36,991 bases of DNA, from assembly GCA_038065375.1 (NCBI GenBank), contig JBBTRE010000021.1, positions 1-36,991 on the forward strand, given 5' to 3'. The position numbers were made by a program, and so were the translations under genes. This DNA is from Patescibacteria group bacterium. Lineage in GTDB: Bacteria > Patescibacteriota > Minisyncoccia > UBA6257 > WO2-44-18. Positions 1 through 7,091 of this stretch are shown here, in pieces. Position 1 is the first letter of the stretch, and the number at the start of each line of letters is the position of its first letter. The notes below the pieces were generated by a model. The model was not told the DNA's origin, ran no database searches, and saw only the letters and a program-made list of their open reading frames with translations.

Positions 1-476
1 TCGCCTGGAAAGAATTTCACGATAGCGAGGAATACATCGTGGTGCGCAAGGGCGCGACTCCGGCATTCCCCGGCCAGAAGGGGTTCATTGGCGGTTCCAT
101 GGGTGATGACGCAGTCATCGTGGAAGGCGTCGCCGCAGCAGACGAGAGAACGGCCCAGCTCCAAGAAAGGGCTCTCTACTCTACTGTGCACGGTGCCGGC
201 CGAGTGATGAGCCGGACTGAAGCCGCCGGGAAGTACAACCGTAAGACCGGCGAAATGAAGAGGCCCGGCAAAGTCAGCCCGGAGATGATGCAAGAGTGGA
301 TCGCCAAGAAGGGAGTCGTCCTGCGGGGTGGCGGACTGGATGAAAGTCCGCATGCCTATCGCCGCCTGCCGGAAGTGCTCGCCGCTCAGGGTGGTACCGT
401 CAAGGTCCTCCACACTCTCCGGCCGATCATCGTCGCTATGGCCGGAGCCAAAGAGTTTGATCCGTACAAAGACTAA
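1..476 (+). CDS. rtcB: RNA-splicing ligase RtcB, C-terminal part (5' end lies off-window)
   Basis: Frame 3 is open from base 3 (listed ORF 39-476). The STVHGAGR motif and overall C-terminal sequence match RtcB. TAA at 474-476, followed by a hairpin terminator. Confidence 0.85.
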   Translation, partial: AWKEFHDSEEYIVVRKGATPAFPGQKGFIGGSMGDDAVIVEGVAAADERTAQLQERALYSTVHGAGRVMSRTEAAGKYNRKTGEMKRPGKVSPEMMQEWIAKKGVVLRGGGLDESPHAYRRLPEVLAAQGGTVKVLHTLRPIIVAMAGAKEFDPYKD

Positions 477-480
477 CAAA

Positions 481-517
481 AGCCCCGCCTGATTAAATTC
501 AGGTGGGGCTCTTTTTT
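481..517 (+). terminator. Intrinsic terminator of rtcB
   Basis: AGCCCCGCCTGA (481-492) pairs with TCAGGTGGGGCT (499-510) with one G-U, followed by a T6 run. Confidence 0.8.
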
Positions 518-547
518 AAAAAAAATCCCCCGCGAATTAACGCGGGG
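518..547 (-). terminator. Intrinsic terminator of the deaminase/phosphoesterase operon
   Basis: CCCCGCG (528-534) pairs with CGCGGGG (541-547), spanning the stop codon. On the minus strand it is followed by T8. Confidence 0.7.
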
Positions 548-1001
548 TTTTGATTTCTCCAATGTCTTCATTCCAAAGAGCGGGATTCTTTTCAATGAAT
601 TCCTTCATCAGCGCGATGCAATCCTTATCTTGCGCGCGCACCAACTTCACTCCTCGGGATTCCAGATATTTCTCCGGACCTTTGAAGTTCCGATTTTCGC
701 CGATGATCACCAGCGGAATTTTGTAGAGCAGAATGGCTCCGGCGCACATATCGCACGGCGAGAGGGTGGTGTATAAGACCGATTTTCGGAAAGCTGCCGG
801 AGATAATCTACCGGCGTTACGCAAGCAGACAATCTCCGCGTGAGCCGTCGGATCGTTTCTCTGCACCCGCTCATTAACTCCGCCGGTATACAACCTCTTT
901 TCTACCACCAAAATAGAAGCGATCGGCAAGTATCCGAATTGGGCGTTTTCCTTAGCTAGGTGATAGGCCTCACACAAAAGCGCCTCATCAACCGGGTTCA
1001 C
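537..1001 (-). CDS. Cytosine deaminase, CDA-fold, yeast FCY1-like
   Basis: HAE zinc motif and LYTTLSPCDMCAGAI. The C-terminal GENRNFKGPEKYL...WNEDIGE is near-collinear with my recollection of S. cerevisiae Fcy1. Confidence 0.85.
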   Translation of the reverse strand: MNPVDEALLCEAYHLAKENAQFGYLPIASILVVEKRLYTGGVNERVQRNDPTAHAEIVCLRNAGRLSPAAFRKSVLYTTLSPCDMCAGAILLYKIPLVIIGENRNFKGPEKYLESRGVKLVRAQDKDCIALMKEFIEKNPALWNEDIGEIKTPR

Positions 1002-2146
1002 TTCGCCTCCTTGTTGATGCTGAAGTAATCCAGCTCTTTTCCATCGGCGGTAATGTGCCGGAAATACAAATTCTCTCCCTGCACATCCACCAAACCGAAT
1101 CCGTAATTTTCATTGTCAGTAACCTGAACTTCATCGTTGGCGATCGTCTTATAAAGACTCTTACCTCCGCAACCCTCAATAATCACCGTGGGGTTGATCG
1201 CCTCTGAATCGGCTTGATGGAAACGCGTATAAAGATGATCATGTCCGCAAAAAACGAGATCCACCCGGTACTTCTTCATCACCGGCAACCACCGATCTCT
1301 GACCGCGTTGTTACCACCACGGGGTCCATTGCGGCCGGCGGCGTTAGAAAATGGCGGGTGACGGAAGAATACAATTTTCCACAACTTATCGCATTTCGCT
1401 AATTCCTCATCCAACCATTTCACTGACTCGTCGCTGACGTTATTAGAGTCCAGGGCGATGAAATCGGCGTTGCCGTAATCAAAGTGGTAATAAATCTCCT
1501 TACCGGGCAGGACGAAATTCTTCAGCCAGGGTGAACCGCCATCACCGGAAAAATCATGATTTCCGATCGCGGGATAGAAAACAGCGTTAGCGATTGAATG
1601 CTTGTAGGGCGCGAAGAATTGCTTCGGGTAATCTTTGTCTTCGCCTCTGGGATAAATCAGGTCTCCGGTGTGCAAGATAAAATCCGCGTTGCGAGTCTCA
1701 ATTTCCTTAGCAACAGCATACTGGTTATCCGACCCGGACCCGGAATCGCCAAAGACCGCGAAACGGAAACTGCCGCCCGAATCCAATGTGGAAATCCGGC
1801 CGCCGCCGATCTCCTCCCCACCACTTTCCGCTTTATACTCATAATCCTTCTCCGGAGAAAGACCGCTTAATTTAACAGCATGATAACGAGTTGGTTTGGG
1901 ATCACTTACCGTCAACCAAGCATCCCCATCCATACACCGATAACTAACGACGGAATCAGATTCATCAGAAGTACGCCAAACAACGTAAATTTCTGTCTTT
2001 CCGTCAGCATCACCTCTCTGCAACATTGGACCGCCGGAGAAATGGCTTTCTCCTCCGGAACTGGAAAAGCGCGAGTAAATACAAGCCCCGGTCAAGCTAA
2101 GACCAAGAACTCCCGCCAACAACCATGCCGTTCGTCTTGCTGTCAT
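998..2146 (-). CDS. Secreted/lipid-anchored calcineurin-like metallophosphoesterase (purple-acid-phosphatase-like)
   Basis: N-terminal signal with LTGAC. Motifs GDSG, HTGDLIY, GNHD, GHDHLY. ATGA overlap with the downstream deaminase. Confidence 0.8.
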   Translation of the reverse strand: MTARRTAWLLAGVLGLSLTGACIYSRFSSSGGESHFSGGPMLQRGDADGKTEIYVVWRTSDESDSVVSYRCMDGDAWLTVSDPKPTRYHAVKLSGLSPEKDYEYKAESGGEEIGGGRISTLDSGGSFRFAVFGDSGSGSDNQYAVAKEIETRNADFILHTGDLIYPRGEDKDYPKQFFAPYKHSIANAVFYPAIGNHDFSGDGGSPWLKNFVLPGKEIYYHFDYGNADFIALDSNNVSDESVKWLDEELAKCDKLWKIVFFRHPPFSNAAGRNGPRGGNNAVRDRWLPVMKKYRVDLVFCGHDHLYTRFHQADSEAINPTVIIEGCGGKSLYKTIANDEVQVTDNENYGFGLVDVQGENLYFRHITADGKELDYFSINKEAK

Positions 2147-2210
2147 ACTAGCCTCCTCTTTCGTTGTATCAAAAAACCGATAACATTTTACGAAATATCG
2201 TCCAAATTGT

Positions 2211-2238
2211 CAAAGAAAAACCCCGCTGATCAGCGGGG
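2211..2238 (-). terminator. Intrinsic terminator of tmk
   Basis: Perfect 18-bp palindrome CCCCGCTGATCAGCGGGG (2221-2238) containing the TGA stop. A T-run follows on the minus strand. Confidence 0.7.
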
Positions 2239-2919
2239 CAAAATTTTCTCAGCTTCTTTCCAAATCAGTTCGGCAATTTGTTCCGGCGGAAGTAATTGAC
2301 CGCCTTCACAACATTCAATCAACCGATGAATTCCCGGATCGTGCTGAGCAAGCCAGATATAAGCCGCCTCGGCATTTTCCAAGTGACGCAAATTATTTTC
2401 ATGCCCATCGTGAGTTCCCGCGAGTAAATATTCGCGAGCCGCTTTCTTGGCGATCATCTCCTGACTGATCTTCGCCGGTACCCGAAGGATAATCACCAAA
2501 TCCGGCTTTGGTATATCAAGCTGGCGGTATTCCAGATCGTAAAGCCAGGCAAGAAATTGTTCGCGTTCTTTCGGATCGGAAATCTTTCCGCCCTGATGGC
2601 CGGCGTTGGAATCCACATAACGATCCAAGACTCCAATTTTCCCGGTCGCGCGGATCTCTTTCAATTTGCTCTTGGCGGCCGATCGATCCAAAGCAAAGAG
2701 TGTGGAGGCGAGATATGGGTCAACTTTGTCGGGATCGCCAAAAGCTCCGTTGAGGTATTGATCAACCGGAACAGCAGAAGGCTCGCCATGTTGGGGAAAA
2801 GAAAAACCTACAACGGGAAATCCCTTAGCCGTCAGTCGTTCGCGCAAAATTTTCGCCTGCGTTCCTTTTCCGCTTCCATCAGTGCCCTCAATAACTATAA
2901 TTTTCCCGGAAGAATTCAT
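2230..2919 (-). CDS. tmk: Thymidylate (dTMP) kinase
   Basis: IVIEGTDGSGKGTQ P-loop, DRY-type motif (LDRYVDS) and length typical of Tmk. Confidence 0.85.
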   Translation of the reverse strand: MNSSGKIIVIEGTDGSGKGTQAKILRERLTAKGFPVVGFSFPQHGEPSAVPVDQYLNGAFGDPDKVDPYLASTLFALDRSAAKSKLKEIRATGKIGVLDRYVDSNAGHQGGKISDPKEREQFLAWLYDLEYRQLDIPKPDLVIILRVPAKISQEMIAKKAAREYLLAGTHDGHENNLRHLENAEAAYIWLAQHDPGIHRLIECCEGGQLLPPEQIAELIWKEAEKILPR

Positions 2920-2941
2920 TGTATAATCTAATTGTATCCTT

Positions 2942-3370
2942 ATGAAAGTAAAAGTTAAACGGATTGATAAAACTTTGGATCTGCCGGCCTATAAAACTTC
3001 CGGAGCGGTGGCTTTGGATTGCGCCGCTCGGATTCCTGTGACTATCGCGCCGAAAACTTTAGCGATGGTCCCGTTGAACGTCTGCATTAAGCTCCCGAAA
3101 AGCCATTATGTCTTCGTGGCGGCCCGCAGCTCATTGCCAAAACGAGGACTATTTATGGCGCACGGTGTCGGCATCGGCGATGAAGACTTCTGCGGTAACA
3201 ACGATGAATATCACGCTCCGCTCTACAACTACACCGACGCCCCAGTGACCGTTGAACGCGGCGACCGAATCGCGCAGATAATCATCAAGCCATATGAAAA
3301 AGTAGAATGGGAAGAAGTGGACGACTTAGGCGACTCTAACCGCGGAGGATTCGGAACTACAGGTAAATAA
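2942..3370 (+). CDS. dut: dUTP diphosphatase
   Basis: About 140 aa. Motifs GVGIGDEDF, RIAQIII and C-terminal RGGFGTTGK (dUTPase motif V). Confidence 0.85.
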   Translation: MKVKVKRIDKTLDLPAYKTSGAVALDCAARIPVTIAPKTLAMVPLNVCIKLPKSHYVFVAARSSLPKRGLFMAHGVGIGDEDFCGNNDEYHAPLYNYTDAPVTVERGDRIAQIIIKPYEKVEWEEVDDLGDSNRGGFGTTGK

Positions 3371-3374
3371 AAAC

Positions 3375-3395
3375 AGCCGCCCTTACTGGGCGGCT
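3375..3395. terminator. Shared hairpin between convergent dut and thrC
   Basis: AGCCGCCC (3375-3382) pairs with GGGCGGCT (3388-3395). It overlaps the thrC stop codon. Flanking T/A runs are weak. Confidence 0.55.
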
Positions 3396-4663
3396 TTAAT
3401 TATCTTCACAATCTCTTCTTTACTCGCCGGCGCCGAAATCTTTTTACTTTCTCTACTCATCACTACGGCCAGCCGCCCCGGAATCTCCAACGTCAAACGA
3501 GTTACCCGCTCAACTGTTTCCCGGAATTTCGCCGGATGAGCAGTAGCAAGCACGATGATCGGTGTCCGGGAAAAGCCGCGTTTGGCGATCTCTCCGGCCG
3601 CATGCAATCCGACCGCGGTATGCGGATCAACGATATAACCAAACTTGTCGTGAGTGGAAAAAATCGCAGCTTCCGTCTCCCGATCGGTTACCGTGATAGC
3701 CCTCAAAGCGTTATTAATCCTGACCGAATCCCCGCCACAGTGGTCAACAATCCGTCGCCAATTGCTGGGATTACCGACATCCATAGCGTTGGAAAGGGTC
3801 GGAATCGTATCCCGCGATCGCATCGTTCCGATCGCCAGATAAGCAGGAACCGCGCAGTTGCTATTAACTGCCGCCACGAAAAACTCCACCGGCAATCCCA
3901 TCGCTCTGGCGAACAGCCCAGCCGTCAAGCTACCGAAGTTCCCGCTCGGAACCACGATAATCGGCTTTTCCTTCCTGCCATACTTCCAACGCAGCTTCTC
4001 GGCCGCCTCAAAGTAGTAGGGCATTTGGGGCAACAGCCGACCGATATTGATGGAATTAGCGGAGGACAAATTCAATTCCATGCGCAATCCGGCATCGCCC
4101 AGAATTTCTTTGGCAATCATCTGGCAATCATCAAAATCCCCCGCGACTTCCAAAGCATGGATGTTGCCGCCAAACGTTATCATCTGCAGTTCCTGAAGAT
4201 TAGTCACCCGACCTTTAGGATAAAGGATAAAAACATTCACTCCGGGAACACCATAGAAACCGCTCGCCACCGCGCTTCCGGTATCTCCGGAAGTGGCGAC
4301 AACAATGTTGATCCGCTCTCCTTTTTTGAGAGCCAAACGCATTTGCCTCGCCATAAAACGGGCGCCAAAATCTTTGAAAGAAAGAGTGGGGCCGTAGAAA
4401 AGTTCCAAAACGAACAAATTCTCCCCCAATTTCTGCAATGGAACCGGAAAGTTAAAAGCTTCACGACAGCTCTCTATCAAACCCGTTCGTGGAACAAATC
4501 CGGAAAGGGTGAGCATAGCAACGTCCGCGAAATGCGAGGATGTCCATCGGCGTTCCGGGAAACTCTCTGGCATATACAATCCGCCATCCGGCGCCAACCC
4601 CCTCATTAGTGCCTTACGAAAACCGACCTTCGGCGATCGCCCTTCGGTGCTGTAATAACGCAT
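3383..4663 (-). CDS. thrC: Threonine synthase
   Basis: PLP-lysine motif SFKDFGARF plus GDTGSA and SGNFG. I start at Met38 (4663) because the upstream terminator at 4711-4740 lies inside the longer listed ORF. Confidence 0.9.
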   Translation of the reverse strand: MRYYSTEGRSPKVGFRKALMRGLAPDGGLYMPESFPERRWTSSHFADVAMLTLSGFVPRTGLIESCREAFNFPVPLQKLGENLFVLELFYGPTLSFKDFGARFMARQMRLALKKGERINIVVATSGDTGSAVASGFYGVPGVNVFILYPKGRVTNLQELQMITFGGNIHALEVAGDFDDCQMIAKEILGDAGLRMELNLSSANSINIGRLLPQMPYYFEAAEKLRWKYGRKEKPIIVVPSGNFGSLTAGLFARAMGLPVEFFVAAVNSNCAVPAYLAIGTMRSRDTIPTLSNAMDVGNPSNWRRIVDHCGGDSVRINNALRAITVTDRETEAAIFSTHDKFGYIVDPHTAVGLHAAGEIAKRGFSRTPIIVLATAHPAKFRETVERVTRLTLEIPGRLAVVMSRESKKISAPASKEEIVKIIKAAQ

Positions 4664-4710
4664 TTTCTGTCTCTTAATGAACCGACTATTTTTTAACACG
4701 AAACCGGCTA

Positions 4711-4740
4711 ACAAAAAAGCCCCGCTTGAATGCGGGGCTT
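4711..4740 (-). terminator. Intrinsic terminator after the 111-aa gene
   Basis: AAGCCCCGC pairs with GCGGGGCTT (4717-4740). T6 follows on the minus strand. Confidence 0.8.
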
Positions 4741-4745
4741 GAAAA

Positions 4746-5081
4746 CTATTTAACCCTGATACCAACCGTCTCATTAGGATCGGCCGGATGGGGTACCAAC
4801 TCTACATCGTCATCATCCAAACCTAGGTTGCCGATCACCCAAGACCAGGTTTCCGCGCTGTCCAAGCTGTTAATGTCGGGATCTTCGCCGGTCTCTTCCA
4901 CCAACACCGGATCACTTAGGTAAAGCTCTCGATCAACCTCTTCATCGCGCATGGCTTTGGCAATCTTTTTCGCCCAATCTAAGCTCTGCGCGACAATGAT
5001 TCTTATCCAGTGGTTAGCGGGTTTTTCATCCCCGTTTGCGTCGTAGGTGTAGGTCTGGAAAATGATTTTAAAGTTTTTCAA
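4746..5081 (-). CDS. Hypothetical acidic protein (111 aa)
   Basis: ORF with a 4-nt ATGA overlap to the upstream cupin gene. No motif recognised. Confidence 0.5.
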   Translation of the reverse strand: MKNFKIIFQTYTYDANGDEKPANHWIRIIVAQSLDWAKKIAKAMRDEEVDRELYLSDPVLVEETGEDPDINSLDSAETWSWVIGNLGLDDDDVELVPHPADPNETVGIRVK

Positions 5082-5476
5082 GGCCGAATCTCCATTTCCA
5101 CCGGGTGGGTATCCGAATGGTCTTTGTCATACCAGGTAATCCGGAACTCCAGCACGATACAATCCTCCAGCGCTAAGAAGACGTGGCGGATATGTGGGGC
5201 AATAACAATCTCCTGTCCTTGCTCCAAAACGATTTCCTCGCGATAACCATCGTGCGCCTGAAAAACTGCCAGAACTTTACCTTTGGCAACGAAGATCTTT
5301 TCGGGATTCTTGGATGGATCGGTACCAATATGATAATGACCGCCGAACTTCACGCCCGCCTTACGATCTAAAACCGTCAGAGCAAACCGATTCGGCTGAT
5401 TCCAGTTCCAGACATTTCCCTTGGGATCGTCCGCGGCATTCGCCGGGGCGATCTTGTGAATATATAAACCTTCCAC
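5078..5476 (-). CDS. Cupin-fold protein (WxcM/FdtA-like small barrel)
   Basis: GGHYH...G motif pattern and a size typical of single-domain cupins. Family assignment is tentative. Confidence 0.6.
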   Translation of the reverse strand: MEGLYIHKIAPANAADDPKGNVWNWNQPNRFALTVLDRKAGVKFGGHYHIGTDPSKNPEKIFVAKGKVLAVFQAHDGYREEIVLEQGQEIVIAPHIRHVFLALEDCIVLEFRITWYDKDHSDTHPVEMEIRP

Positions 5477-5515
5477 GTGAGTCCTCTGAATGTTCTGCCG
5501 AGATAATACAATAAT

Positions 5516-6019
5516 TTAAACCAACGGTAAAGAGCTGATCCGGTCGGCTAACTGCTCGGCGGTCTCCGTGTCGCACTCTATTTTCCGATGAGCGTATTTT
5601 TCATAAAGCGGTTGGCGTTCCAAGAAAACTCCCGCCAGGCCTTTTTCCGCGAAACCGACAATGCCCCGCCCGGCGATCCCATCTCCCAATCTCTGTTCAA
5701 TGGTGGCCAACGGCGCGGACAAATAAATAACGTTGGTTTCCCGGCAGAGTTTTTCCATCGCCGACTCGGAATACACGATGCTCCCGCCCGGCGAGAAAAC
5801 AGTCCTCTCTAAATTTAATCCTCGCGTATAAAATTCCTCCAAACGGGTAAGTTCAGCGTCGCCTTTTTCTTTCGCGATCTGACTGTGTGTCTTGCCTTCA
5901 CTGTCACGAATGAGATTGTCCAAATCTACAAAAGAAAAACCGATCTTGGCGGCCAACAACCGTCCGATGGTGGATTTACCAACACCCGGCATTCCAATCA
6001 AAGTAATTCCCTTAGGCAC
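5516..6019 (-). CDS. aroK: Shikimate-kinase-family P-loop kinase
   Basis: GMPGVGKSTIGR Walker A, VDLD, SPGGSIV (SK GGG-type substrate loop) and a lid Arg region. Overlaps asd by 8 nt. Confidence 0.75.
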   Translation of the reverse strand: MPKGITLIGMPGVGKSTIGRLLAAKIGFSFVDLDNLIRDSEGKTHSQIAKEKGDAELTRLEEFYTRGLNLERTVFSPGGSIVYSESAMEKLCRETNVIYLSAPLATIEQRLGDGIAGRGIVGFAEKGLAGVFLERQPLYEKYAHRKIECDTETAEQLADRISSLPLV

Positions 6020-7091
6020 GCGGCTTTAAGTAACCCTTCTTCATCAAAAGCTCGGCGTTCAAAATTGCTACCCCGGCGGCGCCGCGAATCGTGTTGTGTC
6101 CTAAAACCACCATTTTAAAACCCAAAATTGGATCTTCCCGCAAACGTCCGACCGAAACCGACATCCCGCCTTCGCGATCCCTATCCAGACGGGTTTGCGG
6201 CCGAAAACTATCTTCGTGATAAAAAAGCGGATGCTCGGGAGCGCTCGGCAATTTCAACTTCTGCGGCTCACCCTTAAAACTTTTAATCAGCCGCTTAATC
6301 TCGCCCAACTTTGCCGGTTTGCGGGTTGAGAAGGCGACGGTGAGAAAATGCCCGTCTTTAACCGGCACCCGGTTGCACTGCGCGGAAATTTTGATATTCG
6401 CCAGCCTAAAACCTTTCTTACTTATCTCGCCAAGCAGCTTCAACGGCTCCCATTCTACCTTCGGTTCTTCGCCGCCGATCTGCGGAATGATATTGTCTAA
6501 AATATCCAGCGAAGGCACACCCGGATAACCGGCGCCGGAAATTGCCTGCATAGAAGTAACCATCACCTTGCTCACCCCGAACTTCTGATGAATCGGCTTC
6601 AGGGCCATCACCAATGGAACCGCCACACAATTCGGATTAGTGACGATAAATCCCTCCCATTTCCGGCCGGCCTGCTGAGCGGGAATCGCCGCGATATGAT
6701 CAGCATTAACTTCCGGAACCAAGAGCGGCACATCCGGCTCGGTCCGATAATTTTTAGTGTTGGAAATAACCGGGTAACCGGCTTTGGCAAAAGCTTTTTC
6801 AATCTCGCCCGCGACATTCGCGTCCAAACCGGAAAATACGAAATCGCATTTCAAATTCGCCACGGCCGCATCCTGAACTTTAATTTCCCGGATGTTTTCC
6901 GGAATATCCACCTCCTGTTTCCATCGGCCGGCCACCGCTTCCTCATATTTTTTCCCGGCCGATTCTTTAGAGGCCGCCACGGCGGTAACTTCAAACCACG
7001 GATGATTTTGAAGCAAAACAATAAACTTCTGCCCCACCGTTCCGGTAGCTCCGAGAATGCCCACTTTTAATTTCTTAATTTGTTTTTCCAT
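6012..7091 (-). CDS. asd: Aspartate-semialdehyde dehydrogenase
   Basis: GILGATGTVGQ NAD(P) loop, NPNC active-site Cys region, QCNRVPVKDGH. Overlaps thrA by 17 nt. Confidence 0.9.
   Translation of the reverse strand: MEKQIKKLKVGILGATGTVGQKFIVLLQNHPWFEVTAVAASKESAGKKYEEAVAGRWKQEVDIPENIREIKVQDAAVANLKCDFVFSGLDANVAGEIEKAFAKAGYPVISNTKNYRTEPDVPLLVPEVNADHIAAIPAQQAGRKWEGFIVTNPNCVAVPLVMALKPIHQKFGVSKVMVTSMQAISGAGYPGVPSLDILDNIIPQIGGEEPKVEWEPLKLLGEISKKGFRLANIKISAQCNRVPVKDGHFLTVAFSTRKPAKLGEIKRLIKSFKGEPQKLKLPSAPEHPLFYHEDSFRPQTRLDRDREGGMSVSVGRLREDPILGFKMVVLGHNTIRGAAGVAILNAELLMKKGYLKPRA

Noticed and set aside
998-1001. Possibility of a recoded genetic code (UGA as sense, as in some candidate phyla)
   Set aside because: - TGA functions as the stop in several ATGA overlaps (998-1001, 5078-5081, 21907-21910, 22161-22164) and at tmk.
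- All conserved proteins are full length under the standard code.
3536-4609. 357-aa plus-strand ORF inside thrC
   Set aside because: It is a mirror frame of a confidently identified threonine synthase, with low-complexity Arg/Ser/Pro-rich content and no start signals.
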